Of a stretch of DNA of 64,000 nucleotides, positions 19,067-29,863 are shown in pieces (within the stretch, counting starts at the first letter, position 1; each line of letters begins with the position of its first letter). Origin of the DNA: Bacteroidales bacterium (GTDB lineage Bacteria > Bacteroidota > Bacteroidia > Bacteroidales > JAFGXI01); contig JAFGXI010000017.1 of the NCBI GenBank assembly GCA_016936665.1, forward strand, positions 114,672 to 178,671, in the 5' to 3' direction. Made by a program: the position numbers and the translations under genes. The notes under the pieces were generated by a model. The model had not been told where the DNA came from. It saw nothing but the letters and a program-made list of their open reading frames with translations, and did no database searches.

Positions 19067-20089
19067 TTAAAATGACCAACTGGTTAAACCTTCGTTGGTG
19101 AACTGATATCTTTTTACATAGCCTCCCTTCGATTCCAATGCTTTAATAACCGAGTGTCTTGTGTTTCCCGGACAGTAGAAAAACATGAATCCTCCGCCAC
19201 CTGCTCCAGAAATTTTACCTCCACTAGCGCCGGCTGCAATGGCTGTTTGGTAAAGTTCTTCCATCATTGGAGTAGCAATACCACTGGCCATACGTTTTTT
19301 AAACTCGTAACCATATTGCAACAATTCTCCAATTTTATCCAACTCTTCTTTCAACAACGCCTCTTTAACCATCACAGCTTGTTTTTTTATGTTATGCATC
19401 GCTTCTATCGATTCTGTTTTATTTTGCGACACATTTACTTGCTGTTTCTTAATAATATCGGCAGATACACGGCTAGTATCGGTATTAAACAAGACCATGT
19501 TATAAGCCAACTCATTAAGTACTCTCGGTCGTATTCTTAGCGGGTTAACAATAACTTTATCATCTTTATAAAACTCCATGAAATTTACACCTCCAAAAGT
19601 AGCGGCATATTGATCCTGCTTACCACCGGCCATTTGCAAATCTACTCGCTCTATTTGATAAGCCAAATGCGCAATATCGTACTCTCCTAATGGCAAAAAT
19701 AACCACTCAACAAACGCACCAAGAATTGCTGTTACTAATGTTGAGGAAGTTCCTAATCCAGAACCGGGAGGCGCATCGACAAAAGTTGTGAGTTCAAAAG
19801 ACAATGCTTTTTTTGTGAAATCTTTGACCACTCTATTGTATATCCCTTTAAGCAAATCTAAATTACCATCGATGGGCAATTCTTCTACACTATCGTATTC
19901 GAAACGTTCTTCCTTGTCGATGGCATGCAAAACAATTTTCCCATTATCGCTTGGAATTATCGTTGCATATGCGTACATATTAATAGTTGCATTTAGGATG
20001 GCTCCACCATATAAGTCGGAATATGGCGAGACATCGGAACCACCTCCGGCCAAACCAATTCTTAATGGCGCTTTACTTCTAATAATCAT
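19067..20089 (-). CDS. hddA: D-glycero-alpha-D-manno-heptose 7-phosphate kinase (GHMP)
   Basis: APLRIGLAGGGSD, PPGSGLGTSS, GGKQDQY, GGKISGAGGGG. Confidence 0.9.
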   Translation of the reverse strand: MIIRSKAPLRIGLAGGGSDVSPYSDLYGGAILNATINMYAYATIIPSDNGKIVLHAIDKEERFEYDSVEELPIDGNLDLLKGIYNRVVKDFTKKALSFELTTFVDAPPGSGLGTSSTLVTAILGAFVEWLFLPLGEYDIAHLAYQIERVDLQMAGGKQDQYAATFGGVNFMEFYKDDKVIVNPLRIRPRVLNELAYNMVLFNTDTSRVSADIIKKQQVNVSQNKTESIEAMHNIKKQAVMVKEALLKEELDKIGELLQYGYEFKKRMASGIATPMMEELYQTAIAAGASGGKISGAGGGGFMFFYCPGNTRHSVIKALESKGGYVKRYQFTNEGLTSWSF

Positions 20090-21213
20090 AATTGATGGTA
20101 CAAATCTAAAATTGTTTTAGTCATTCCAGACCAGCTATATTTTTCTTTTTCCGCTAAGATAGAGCTATGAAATGGCTCTTGCAAATTTTTATCGTAAAAG
20201 GCATCGATCGCTTCGGCAATGGCCTGAGGCTTAGTGTCGACAACGAAACCAACTCTGCCATCGGGTATAATTTCGGCTAAACCTCCCACATTGGTAACAA
20301 CCATCGGTTTTTCGAAATGATAAGCTATTTGCGTGACTCCACTTTGGGTCGCCGTTTTGTATGGCTGAACAACCAAATCGGCCACACTGAAATAATATTT
20401 AACTTCCGGATCGGGAATGAATTTCTGATGTAATATTATTTTGTCTTTCAAACCGGATTCTTCAATTTGCTTAAGGTAGGGCTCGGGATTGCTGTAAAAC
20501 TCGCCCGCAATTAATAAATTAAGTTCTGGTTTATTTTGGATTTTCTGAAATGCTTCGATCAGCCAATCTAAGCCTTTATAATCCCTTATCAAACCAAAAA
20601 AAAGCAAATACTTTTTATTAGAATCAAGCTTGAGATATTGAGTCGCTTCTTGCTTAGGAACGGAAGAACCAAAGTTATCGAAAAGCGGATGTGGATTAAG
20701 TGCAATTGGCTTTTTTCGGTCGAATAATGTAAGATCGTCGAGAACCGATTGCGACATGGCCACGAAGGCATCAATTGCTCCTACAAAATATTTCGAAAAC
20801 TGACGATCGCCAATTCGAGGCTCGTGCGGTATAATATTGTCGAGAATTGCAATGACCTTTGTGTGTTTATTGCTTTTGGCAATACGTGCTATTGTTCCGA
20901 AACAAGGCGCCATAAAAGGCAGCCAATATTTAATGATTAAAATATCGGGGCGGTCTTTTTTAATTTTTCTACCAATTTTTATCCAATTCAGTGGATTTAC
21001 CGAGTTAACCGATTGTTGTATTTCGATATCTGTAGGTGCTTCCCAGTCGGCCATTTGGGTTTTTCCCGGAAATAAAAAGCTGGGATACTGCAAGGTGAAA
21101 GTTTCAATTTTCGCTTCGTGACCCTCGTTTAAGAATTCCTTGATAAGCCTTTCGTTATAAGCGGCTAAACCACCTCTAAATGGATATGCTGTACCTAACA
21201 AACTTATCTTCAT
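20086..21213 (-). CDS. Glycosyltransferase family 4
   Basis: FFGLIRDYKG, PYKTATQSGV, TNVGGLAE. Confidence 0.9.
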   Translation of the reverse strand: MKISLLGTAYPFRGGLAAYNERLIKEFLNEGHEAKIETFTLQYPSFLFPGKTQMADWEAPTDIEIQQSVNSVNPLNWIKIGRKIKKDRPDILIIKYWLPFMAPCFGTIARIAKSNKHTKVIAILDNIIPHEPRIGDRQFSKYFVGAIDAFVAMSQSVLDDLTLFDRKKPIALNPHPLFDNFGSSVPKQEATQYLKLDSNKKYLLFFGLIRDYKGLDWLIEAFQKIQNKPELNLLIAGEFYSNPEPYLKQIEESGLKDKIILHQKFIPDPEVKYYFSVADLVVQPYKTATQSGVTQIAYHFEKPMVVTNVGGLAEIIPDGRVGFVVDTKPQAIAEAIDAFYDKNLQEPFHSSILAEKEKYSWSGMTKTILDLYHQL

Positions 21214-21330
21214 GTGCTAAAATTAATCTATGCTTTAAAGATTTTTACTTACAAATTTTCGAGACAATATTTTCTAAAACAAAGATAATAAACTCCATCG
21301 AGTTATTTTATTATACCTAAATTTATAGCA

Positions 21331-21362
21331 TAAAAAACGACTCACAAAGAGCCGTTTTTATA
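21331..21362. terminator. Hairpin terminator after the lipoprotein gene
   Basis: TAAAAAACGACTC-ACAAA-GAGCCGTTTTTA. Confidence 0.65.
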
Positions 21363-21379
21363 TTTTGTTTTATAAATGT

Positions 21380-22243
21380 CTATTGCGTGATTTCAATAAC
21401 CAAGTATTTAGAAACACTCCAGAATTTATCTGCATCTTTAATGATAAGCTTATCTACTTTTTCGCCGTTGCCTTCAAATTCATAAGTTCCGGCAGGATGC
21501 GTGGTTATTAACTTGGCTTTCTTGGCATAAATCGCAATTTCTTTAAAAGAGCCTGTGTTGATTTCTGTAAAGTAAGAAGTATCGAAGCCATTATCTAATT
21601 TAGAATTTCTGCCAAGTCCAATAAATCCACCTTCTTTAGTGATGATTTTATGCTCTTTAAGTTCTTTGGACGTGCCTACAACATAATAAGCCGTATGTAT
21701 GGCTTGGTCTTGGGCCTCAATCACTTGAGCTTGGTCTTCGTTTTCGGTTTGCATGCTCAACAAATCGTCTGTTAAACCTTTTATTTCGATGTTTAGGCTT
21801 TCGAGCTCTTTGTTAAGTGCTAAAATTTCGTTTTGATTGGCTTCTACTTGCGCTTGAAGTGTTTCGATTAATTTTTGAAGCTCTTTATTTTTATAATCTG
21901 AATTTTTGTACTTTTTGTTCATACTCGCCAACTTTTGTTGGTTTTCTTTTAACAAATTATAAATTGTTTGAATATCTTCGTTAATCTGATCACGATTCGA
22001 CATGGCTTGTTCGCCTGATTTTTTAACATCGATAATCTTTTCAACCTCTTTAATTTTATTCAAGTTTTCTTGAATATTGTTAAAGTCGGCAATGTAATTA
22101 TAAATGTCGGCACCTTGGTTCGAAGATACAGACATCAAACTATCGTTTTTAGTTTGTAAAGCTTTGTATTCCTCTGTTTCTGTAACGTTAGTACAAGAGA
22201 TAAATACTGCAAGAACAGGCAATAATACCCATAATTTTTTCAT
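21380..22243 (-). CDS. Coiled-coil lipoprotein (Cbp1-like, Bacteroidota hypothetical)
   Basis: Lipobox FISC, long heptads, AYYVVGTSKELK..GGFIG, FWSVSKYLVI. Confidence 0.75.
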   Translation of the reverse strand: MKKLWVLLPVLAVFISCTNVTETEEYKALQTKNDSLMSVSSNQGADIYNYIADFNNIQENLNKIKEVEKIIDVKKSGEQAMSNRDQINEDIQTIYNLLKENQQKLASMNKKYKNSDYKNKELQKLIETLQAQVEANQNEILALNKELESLNIEIKGLTDDLLSMQTENEDQAQVIEAQDQAIHTAYYVVGTSKELKEHKIITKEGGFIGLGRNSKLDNGFDTSYFTEINTGSFKEIAIYAKKAKLITTHPAGTYEFEGNGEKVDKLIIKDADKFWSVSKYLVIEITQ

Positions 22244-22351
22244 GACTGAAAAGTTTAAATTGTTTAATATTTTAAATTGATAATGTTTCTAAACCGACAA
22301 CAAATCTATAAGTAAAATCGAAAATAATATCGATTTCCTTCATAAAAAATG

Positions 22352-23026
22352 TTAAGTAGCTAGACCTGCTAGTACAATAACAATTTCTCCCTTAACCCCT
22401 TTATTTTCAAAATAATAAATCACTTCTTTTAAAGAGCCTAAAACGTTTTCTTCGTGCAGTTTACTCAACTCTCTAGAGACCGAGACTTGTCGATCGTCGC
22501 CGAAAAACTCTGCCATCTGCATCAAAGTTTTAACTAATCGGTGGGGCGACTCGTAAAAAATCATTGTTTTTTCTTCGCTCTGCAATGCAGTCAATCTTTT
22601 TTGTCGACCTTTTTTTACAGGCAAAAAGCCTTCGAACACAAAACGATCGTTGGGCAATCCGGAATTAACCAAAGCCGGAATTAATGCCGTTGCTCCAGGT
22701 AAAGTTTCTACTTCGATTTTGTTTTGTTTACAAGCTCGAACCAATAAAAACCCGGGATCGGAAATAGCAGGTGTCCCTGCATCAGAAATCAGTGCTAAAT
22801 CTTGCCCGGCAAGAATAAGATCGATATACTTTTGTAACTGTTGATGTTCGTTGAACTTGTGATAAGACTGCATCCTTGTGTCGATATCGAAATGTTTTAG
22901 CAATTGTCCCGATGTTCTGGTGTCTTCGGCTAAAATTAAATCGACCGACTTTAGCACTTCGATGGCACGAAATGTTATATCTTTTAAATTGCCTATTGGT
23001 GTGGGAACGACATAGAGCTTACTCAT
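22352..23026 (-). CDS. rsmI: 16S rRNA (cytidine1402-2'-O)-methyltransferase
   Basis: LYVVPTPIGNLKDIT, AEDTR, SDAGTPAISDPG, FYESPHR. Confidence 0.96.
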   Translation of the reverse strand: MSKLYVVPTPIGNLKDITFRAIEVLKSVDLILAEDTRTSGQLLKHFDIDTRMQSYHKFNEHQQLQKYIDLILAGQDLALISDAGTPAISDPGFLLVRACKQNKIEVETLPGATALIPALVNSGLPNDRFVFEGFLPVKKGRQKRLTALQSEEKTMIFYESPHRLVKTLMQMAEFFGDDRQVSVSRELSKLHEENVLGSLKEVIYYFENKGVKGEIVIVLAGLAT

Positions 23027-24281
23027 AATCCTCCATAAAAAGATTTAGAAGTCGAATAATTTCTTGCACTTTGTTGAGTGGCAATGTTGCATTCTTATCG
23101 AATATATCGTGGTAAAATTGTGGACCTCCTCTGGTAAACAAAAATACGGCCGGCACTCCTTTATCGTGAAAATAGTAATGGTCGCTATTTGCAGAACCTT
23201 TGCCTATTCTGACATCGGAAAACAGAGAATCTTTGGCGTTGATCGATTCAATTAATTCCGATGCTTTAGCATGCTCTTTACCATTAACCACAGATAGACC
23301 TTCTACTCCTGTTCCGACCATATCTAAATTAAAAAGAAATTTAATTTTTTCGAGAGAGAACAAAGGATGGCTTACATAGTACTCCGAACCTAACAAACCG
23401 GCTTCTTCTGCAGAAAACAACATAAAAGCTATATTGTACTTGGGCTTTTTTCCACTTTCTGCCCACATTTTAGCTAAGGTTAGAATAGTGGCTACACCAC
23501 TGGCATTATCGTTTGCTCCCGGGAAATAGGCGTCTTGCCCGACTCTACCAAGATGATCGTAATGTGCCGTGAAAACATAGAAACTATCTATTTCCCCCTC
23601 AATGTATGCTATCACATTTTGTGTAGTATAATTGGGTATAAATTTATTTTTAACATCAATAGTTATTTCTGTAGCGGTAGAATCCCATCGATCGCCGGCA
23701 AATTGCAACACCGGATATTTAAGCTCGTATGTTCGTTGTGTTTGAATTAAACGAGACGATCTTACTTCAATAATTGCGGGAACCTTTCCCATCATTCCTG
23801 TTTTATTTAAGGACTCGTATTTTTCAATTAAATCGGGAGACTTATAATGTATCGTATCGAAAACAAAAACTTCTTTATTGTGAGATTTTTCAAAAAACGA
23901 CTTCACTGAGAATTTGACAGGTTGATACAATTGATATTTCCCTTTTAATGATGAAGAAGCGGCGTACACTAAATAATCTTCTCCGAGCACTTGCGCCTTT
24001 CCATCGATGCTTACTTTAGCTTTTGTAATTGTATTAATATCGATATTGAAATTTTGAAAATAACTTGCGCCTATTGGTTTTGCGCCCCACTTTTTCAGCT
24101 CGTTAACTATGAAATTTGCAGCAATTTTATCGCCTTTTTTCACGAACCCTCGCCCATGAAACGCTTCAGACGATAATTGTGCAACACATTGCCTAGTATA
24201 CGTTGTGTCTTGCGCATTATCGACTTTAAAAACTAATAAAAACAGGCTAAGTATGATTATTTTAATTGGCATTAACTTCAT
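23019..24281 (-). CDS. M28 family metallopeptidase
   Basis: AHYDHLG, GANDNASG, AEEAGLLGS, NLDMVG, SDH, YH. Confidence 0.9.
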   Translation of the reverse strand: MKLMPIKIIILSLFLLVFKVDNAQDTTYTRQCVAQLSSEAFHGRGFVKKGDKIAANFIVNELKKWGAKPIGASYFQNFNIDINTITKAKVSIDGKAQVLGEDYLVYAASSSLKGKYQLYQPVKFSVKSFFEKSHNKEVFVFDTIHYKSPDLIEKYESLNKTGMMGKVPAIIEVRSSRLIQTQRTYELKYPVLQFAGDRWDSTATEITIDVKNKFIPNYTTQNVIAYIEGEIDSFYVFTAHYDHLGRVGQDAYFPGANDNASGVATILTLAKMWAESGKKPKYNIAFMLFSAEEAGLLGSEYYVSHPLFSLEKIKFLFNLDMVGTGVEGLSVVNGKEHAKASELIESINAKDSLFSDVRIGKGSANSDHYYFHDKGVPAVFLFTRGGPQFYHDIFDKNATLPLNKVQEIIRLLNLFMEDYE

Positions 24282-25042
24282 TATCTTACAAATTTACGGT
24301 AAATTAATTCTAAAAATCGCTTGGTGCTACTTTCCTCTTGATTCCACCCAAACTTACTTACCAAATCAATAGCCTCCGACATCCCTTTAAAACTGTTAAT
24401 CTGTTCGATGGTTTGATTGTATCGATCGGCATTCCCTGTAAACAATTCTCTTATAAACCATATTTTATCGTTCAGAGATATTGCATTTTTTAAATCTTCA
24501 ATAGGTCTATTTTTAAGCTGTGTTGCCAAATCGGTGTTTTGTTTAATTTCCGACAGCAAGTCGTTCAAACTTTTTTTCGACTCAAATTGTTCAGCCACAC
24601 TTTTAGTTGAGTCGCGTATTATTTTTTCTTGTTTTGGGGTTTCTTCTTTAAGCTCTTCCTTTATCACTTTCCTTTCAGCAGGTTTCTTTACAACATCCGG
24701 AATTGGTTTTTCCTCTACCAACTCAATAGGATCGTTTTCAATAACAGGCTCTAAGTCTTTTTTCGGCTCTAAAAATTCAACTTTAACATCCTCTACCTGC
24801 GCTTCTGATGGACTTTCCGCCATCTTTTTTGATTCTGGTTTTACTTCTTCAACTTGAATTTCTTTCGTTTGGCTTGAACCTTCGGACATAATGGCAAGCT
24901 TCAGATTTGTAATGTGTTCGTACAATCTTCTGGTTTTATCTAAAAGTAAATCAGCTTCAATTAAATTTATCGTTTTAAAAGAAGTTAAAACATTAAGTTC
25001 AGATAAGCAGTTTTTAATATTATTTAAATCGTTGTTCGGCAT
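24281..25042 (-). CDS. Conserved Bacteroidota hypothetical protein
   Basis: Acidic linker plus C-terminal DLKNAISLNDKIWFIRELF domain. Confidence 0.7.
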   Translation of the reverse strand: MPNNDLNNIKNCLSELNVLTSFKTINLIEADLLLDKTRRLYEHITNLKLAIMSEGSSQTKEIQVEEVKPESKKMAESPSEAQVEDVKVEFLEPKKDLEPVIENDPIELVEEKPIPDVVKKPAERKVIKEELKEETPKQEKIIRDSTKSVAEQFESKKSLNDLLSEIKQNTDLATQLKNRPIEDLKNAISLNDKIWFIRELFTGNADRYNQTIEQINSFKGMSEAIDLVSKFGWNQEESSTKRFLELIYRKFVR

Positions 25043-25199
25043 GTATTTTAGTTTTATGCTGATGAAAAATTAAAAATAGTATAGGTAACAATCTCACACA
25101 AAAATAATTAAACTTTTTACGAATCCCTGATGAAATTCAGAATATAGTTACGGAATATTATTTAAATTTAATGGATAATATTTTTTGAACATAAACACT

Positions 25200-25646
25200 A
25201 TGGAACATTTTAATATTGAAGTTTGGCATTATCTAGTAGCCGGGGCATTTGTCGCCTTAATAATTGAGATTTTTACTATTTCTTTTGTTGCCGGATCGGT
25301 AGGTGTAGGCTTATTGCTGGCAGCGTTAGCCAATTATCTTGGATTTGCCATTCAGTGGCAAATCGTTTGGTTTGCTGTTGGCGTTGGCGTAACCTTTTTC
25401 ACAATTAGAGCCATCATGGAAAAGTTTGTATTTAAAAAAAATGGCGTTAAAACCAATCAAGATGCGCTTATTGGAAAAACAGCCAGAGTTAGCGAAGAAA
25501 TTGACCCGGCAAGAGGTAGCGGTAGAGTTAAAATTGATGGTGACGACTGGAAAGCTGAAACAGAAAATGATGAAATTATTGGCTTTGGTCAACTTGTAGA
25601 AATTACAGATGTGAGAAGTATAATATTAATTGTAAAATCAAAATAA
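25200..25646 (+). CDS. NfeD family protein (short form)
   Basis: TM region, LIGKTARV, GRVKIDGDDWKA OB-fold; precedes SPFH gene. Confidence 0.88.
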   Translation: MEHFNIEVWHYLVAGAFVALIIEIFTISFVAGSVGVGLLLAALANYLGFAIQWQIVWFAVGVGVTFFTIRAIMEKFVFKKNGVKTNQDALIGKTARVSEEIDPARGSGRVKIDGDDWKAETENDEIIGFGQLVEITDVRSIILIVKSK

Positions 25647-25654
25647 ACTGAATT

Positions 25655-26629
25655 ATGGGAACTATTATTATTGCAGGGGCACTCGCCTTATTTGTACTCG
25701 TTTTTGCAATGGCCGGCTTAAAAATTGTCCGCCAGTCCGAAGTTGTTATAATTGAGCGACTTGGGCGATACAATCGTACACTTAACTCAGGCATCAACAT
25801 TATTTGGCCAATCATTGATCGACCAAGAGAAATCACTTGGCGTTATGTTGTAGAAGGCTACGATCAAAAAATTGTAAGCTTTCGCACACGCTCCAGAATA
25901 GATTTAAGAGAAACTGTTTACGACTTTCCTAAACAAAATGTGATTACCAAAGACAACGTTAATGTTCAAATTAATGCCGTGCTTTATTTTCAGATTATGG
26001 ATGCTGTAAAAGCCATTTACGAAATTGAAAATTTACCCGATGCCATAGAAAAATTAACTCAAACCACGCTACGTAATGTAATTGGAGAACTCGAATTAGA
26101 CGAATCACTTAGCTCTCGCGACACTATTAACACTAAATTACGTTCGATTCTCGACGATGCAACCAATAAATGGGGCGTAAAAGTCAATCGCGTTGAATTG
26201 CAAGACATTAATCCACCGGAAGACATTAAAACGGCCATGGAAAAACAAATGCGTGCCGAGCGCGACCGAAGAGCTGCTGTATTGGAGGCCGAAGGTATGA
26301 AACGTGCCAAAATTTTGGAAGCAGAAGGTCTTAAAGAAAGTGAAATTAATAAGGCCGAGGGACATAAGCAGTCGGAGATTTTAAAAGCAGAGGGCGAAGC
26401 CCAAGCCAGAATTAGAGTAGCCGATGCCGAAGCACAAGCCATCAAACTTGTAACAGATGCAATTTCGATTAAAGGAGCCGATCCTTTGAAATATTTAATT
26501 GCAACTAAATATATCGATACCCTTTCTGACATGGTTAAGGGAGAAGATACTAAAACCGTATACATGCCTTACGAAGCCTCAGGTGTGCTAGGCTCTTTGG
26601 GCGGAATAAAAGATTTACTAAAAAATTAA
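25655..26629 (+). CDS. SPFH/Band 7 (stomatin-like, QmcA-type) protein
   Basis: IIERLGRY, VITKDNV, LRNVIG, QMRAERDRRA, AEG repeats. Confidence 0.93.
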   Translation: MGTIIIAGALALFVLVFAMAGLKIVRQSEVVIIERLGRYNRTLNSGINIIWPIIDRPREITWRYVVEGYDQKIVSFRTRSRIDLRETVYDFPKQNVITKDNVNVQINAVLYFQIMDAVKAIYEIENLPDAIEKLTQTTLRNVIGELELDESLSSRDTINTKLRSILDDATNKWGVKVNRVELQDINPPEDIKTAMEKQMRAERDRRAAVLEAEGMKRAKILEAEGLKESEINKAEGHKQSEILKAEGEAQARIRVADAEAQAIKLVTDAISIKGADPLKYLIATKYIDTLSDMVKGEDTKTVYMPYEASGVLGSLGGIKDLLKN

Positions 26630-26653
26630 CTCAACAATCGTTAATAAGTTTTG

Positions 26654-26688
26654 AAAGTTGAAGGCTGTTTATTCAGCTTTCAACTTTT
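26654..26688 (+). terminator. Hairpin terminator after the SPFH gene
   Basis: AAAGTTGAAGGCTG...CAGCTTTCAACTTTT. Confidence 0.65.
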
Positions 26689-26734
26689 ATCTTTATAGCC
26701 CATTTTAAAATTCACTGAATACGCAAACAGAATT

Positions 26735-27334
26735 ATGTTTTTAGAAAGTAAACCATCGAAAAAAAACAAAACAGGCTGGGTAGAGGTTGTTTGCGGGTCT
26801 ATGTTTTCGGGGAAAACCGAAGAATTGATTCGCCGATTAAACCGTGCAAAATTTGCTAAACTATCGGTTGAAATCTTCAAACCTAAAATAGATACCCGCT
26901 ACTCGGAAGAGGATGTTGTTTCGCATAACGAAAACTCTATTCGCAGTACTGCTGTTGACAGCTCTGCTAATATTTTACTTTTAGCCAGCCCGGCAGATGT
27001 GATTGGCATCGACGAAGCACAATTTTTCGACGATGGTTTAGTAGAAGTCTGTAATAATATAGCCTCGCAAGGCGTACGTGTTATTGTAGCAGGCTTAGAC
27101 ATGGACTTCACCGGCAAGCCATTTTCGCCAATGCCTCAACTTATGGCCATTGCAGAACATGTTACAAAAGTTCATGCTATTTGCCTACGATGTGGGGCAA
27201 ATGCTCAATACTCTTTTCGAAAAACACTTTCGAGAGACCTCGTATTACTCGGGGAAACAGATGCTTACGAACCGCTTTGCAGAACTTGCTACAATAAAGC
27301 CGTAAATGAGCAAAAATTAAACAACACCTTATAA
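26735..27334 (+). CDS. tdk: Thymidine kinase
   Basis: [31 protein letters not shown]...CRTC zinc site. Confidence 0.96.
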   Translation: MFLESKPSKKNKTGWVEVVCGSMFSGKTEELIRRLNRAKFAKLSVEIFKPKIDTRYSEEDVVSHNENSIRSTAVDSSANILLLASPADVIGIDEAQFFDDGLVEVCNNIASQGVRVIVAGLDMDFTGKPFSPMPQLMAIAEHVTKVHAICLRCGANAQYSFRKTLSRDLVLLGETDAYEPLCRTCYNKAVNEQKLNNTL

Positions 27335-29800
27335 ATGCTATACACCCTAAAATCCATATCGGAGATTCTGAAAGTTGATTGCATCAGCCATTCGCAATGC
27401 GATATTAAAATCGATCAAATTCTTACCGATAGCCGACGTTTAAGAAATGTTCAGCAAACACTTTTCTTTGCATTAAAGACCGAACGTAACGATGGCGCAA
27501 ATTATATCGTCGACTTATATAAACACCAAGTTAGAGCTTTTGTAATTCAAGATGGGTTCGATACAAAACCATTTCCTGAGGCTCATTTTATAGTGGTTAA
27601 AAACAGCTTAACGGCTCTGCAAGATTTAGTTAAGTACCACAGAGCTCAGTTCAATATTCCTATTGTTGGTATCACCGGAAGTAATGGAAAAACCATTGTA
27701 AAAGAGTGGCTATTCGAATTGCTAAAAAAAGATAAAAAGATTGTAAGAAACCCTCGTTCTTATAACTCACAGATTGGTGTACCATTATCGGTATGGATGC
27801 TAGATCAAGATACCGAAATGGGTATTTTCGAAGCCGGAATCTCGCAAGCAGGAGAAATGAGTAAGCTGGAAGCCATCATTCAGCCTAACATAGGTATATT
27901 TACTAATATTGGCGATGCGCATCAAGAAAATTTTATCGACTATAAACATAAAGCCGGCGAAAAAATAAAATTGTTCGAACGGTGCGATACTATAATCTAC
28001 TGTAGAGACCATCAGTGGATCGATTGGCATTTAAGCAACCAAGACCGTTTTGAAAACAAAACCATCTTAAGTTGGAGCGAAAAATTAGGAGCTACATTAA
28101 GAGTTAAAAACAGAAAGATACAGAACAACTCAACACTAATAGAAGCACAATATCAAAACAATACGCTTTTATTAGAAATTCCTTTTACCGATTTTGCATC
28201 GTACGAAAATTTGATGCCTATTTGGGTTTTATTGTTGCATTTAGGTTACCAACAGGAGCTAATACAAGAAAGAATTTCGCAACTATCGCACATAGCAATG
28301 CGGTTAGAGCAAAAGCAAGCCATAAACGGTTGCACACTTATAAACGACAGTTATAACTCGGACATCGGCTCTCTGCACATCGCACTAGACTTTTTGGTTC
28401 AACAATACCAACACCAGCAACGCACACTTATCTTATCGGATATTTTACAAAGTGGGCGCGAAGCTGTTTCCTTATATAAAGATGTGGTTGATCTCCTAAA
28501 AACAAAATCGGTGAACCGTTTTATAGGCATTGGGCACGACATGCAAAGTGTTGCCAATCTGTTTCCTAAAAATGCATTGTTTTTTGAATCGACAGCTGAG
28601 TTTATGAACAAAATGGGGCCTGACGATTTTAAAAAAGAAGCGATCTTAATTAAAGGAGCCAGAACATTTGAATTTGAGCATATTTCTAATATGCTTCAGA
28701 ACAAAGTTCACGAAACTGTATTAGAAGTCAACTTGAGTCATTTGATTCATAATGTCAATTATTTTAAATCGCAACTTAAACCTGAGGTTAAAATAATGGC
28801 CATGGTAAAAGCTTTTTCGTATGGTGCAGGTTCTGTAGAAGTTGCCAACGTCTTGCAGTTTCATCAGGTCGATTATTTAGCGGTAGCTTATACCGACGAG
28901 GGCGTCGCTCTGCGTAAAGCCGGCATTGCTTTACCAATAATGGTGATGAACCCAGAAGAACAAAGCTTCGAACAGATGTTACGCTACAGTTTAGAGCCCG
29001 AAATTTACAGCCTACGCATTTTAAAATCGTACTACCAAGCCGTTCGTCATCACGGAACGGTATACGCTCCATTACATATAAAAATAGAAACCGGCATGAA
29101 TCGCTTAGGTTTTATAGAAGCTGAAGTTGATGAAACGATTGGGTTTATACAATCAAACCCAAGTTTAAAAGTAGTTTCTGTATTTTCGCATTTGGCAGGT
29201 AGCGATGGTGAGATATTCGACAATTTCACAGATCAGCAGATTGCAAAATTTCATCGAATTTCGGATAAAATTATCAAAGCATTCGACTATAAAATTATTC
29301 GCCATCTGTCTAACTCGAACGGTGTTTTAAGGCATCCATCGGCACAATTCGATATGGTGCGACTTGGAATAGGCATGTACGGCGCCACCGATTTTGAACA
29401 CCATCAGCTTAAAGAAGTTAACAGATTAGTCACTCGAATTTCTCAAATAAAAACGATTAAGAAAGGAGAAAGTATAGGTTACGACAGAAACGGCCAGCTC
29501 GAAAAAGATGGGCAAATTGCTATTCTACCAATTGGCTATGCCGATGGTATCCGCCGTAGCTTAAGCAATGGTGAAGGTCACTTTATGTTAAATGGGCAAT
29601 TAGCACCTATTGTTGGCAATGTTTGCATGGATATGTGTATGCTAGATGTTAGTAAAATTAAGTGTAAAGAAGGAGATCAAGTTATTGTTTTTGGGCCGGA
29701 TTTTTCAATACAACACATTGCACGTGAAATGAATACCATTCCTTACGAAGTATTAACCGGAATTTCGCAAAGAGTAAAACGAATTTATTTTCAAGAATAG
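27335..29800 (+). CDS. alr: Bifunctional MurF-like ligase / alanine racemase fusion
   Basis: GITGSNGKT and INDSYN (MurF); MVKAFSYG, HIKIETGMNRLG, GYADG, CMDM, TIPYE (Alr). Confidence 0.93.
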   Translation: MLYTLKSISEILKVDCISHSQCDIKIDQILTDSRRLRNVQQTLFFALKTERNDGANYIVDLYKHQVRAFVIQDGFDTKPFPEAHFIVVKNSLTALQDLVKYHRAQFNIPIVGITGSNGKTIVKEWLFELLKKDKKIVRNPRSYNSQIGVPLSVWMLDQDTEMGIFEAGISQAGEMSKLEAIIQPNIGIFTNIGDAHQENFIDYKHKAGEKIKLFERCDTIIYCRDHQWIDWHLSNQDRFENKTILSWSEKLGATLRVKNRKIQNNSTLIEAQYQNNTLLLEIPFTDFASYENLMPIWVLLLHLGYQQELIQERISQLSHIAMRLEQKQAINGCTLINDSYNSDIGSLHIALDFLVQQYQHQQRTLILSDILQSGREAVSLYKDVVDLLKTKSVNRFIGIGHDMQSVANLFPKNALFFESTAEFMNKMGPDDFKKEAILIKGARTFEFEHISNMLQNKVHETVLEVNLSHLIHNVNYFKSQLKPEVKIMAMVKAFSYGAGSVEVANVLQFHQVDYLAVAYTDEGVALRKAGIALPIMVMNPEEQSFEQMLRYSLEPEIYSLRILKSYYQAVRHHGTVYAPLHIKIETGMNRLGFIEAEVDETIGFIQSNPSLKVVSVFSHLAGSDGEIFDNFTDQQIAKFHRISDKIIKAFDYKIIRHLSNSNGVLRHPSAQFDMVRLGIGMYGATDFEHHQLKEVNRLVTRISQIKTIKKGESIGYDRNGQLEKDGQIAILPIGYADGIRRSLSNGEGHFMLNGQLAPIVGNVCMDMCMLDVSKIKCKEGDQVIVFGPDFSIQHIAREMNTIPYEVLTGISQRVKRIYFQE

Positions 29801-29863
29801 CGTAACTTAAAATACACTTGATAGTATAAAAGATTGCATTTATTCATATCTTTTTGATTATCA

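Noticed and set aside
27335-29800. MurF-alanine racemase fusion as a novelty
   Set aside because: Well-known fusion in Bacteroidota, often next to tdk
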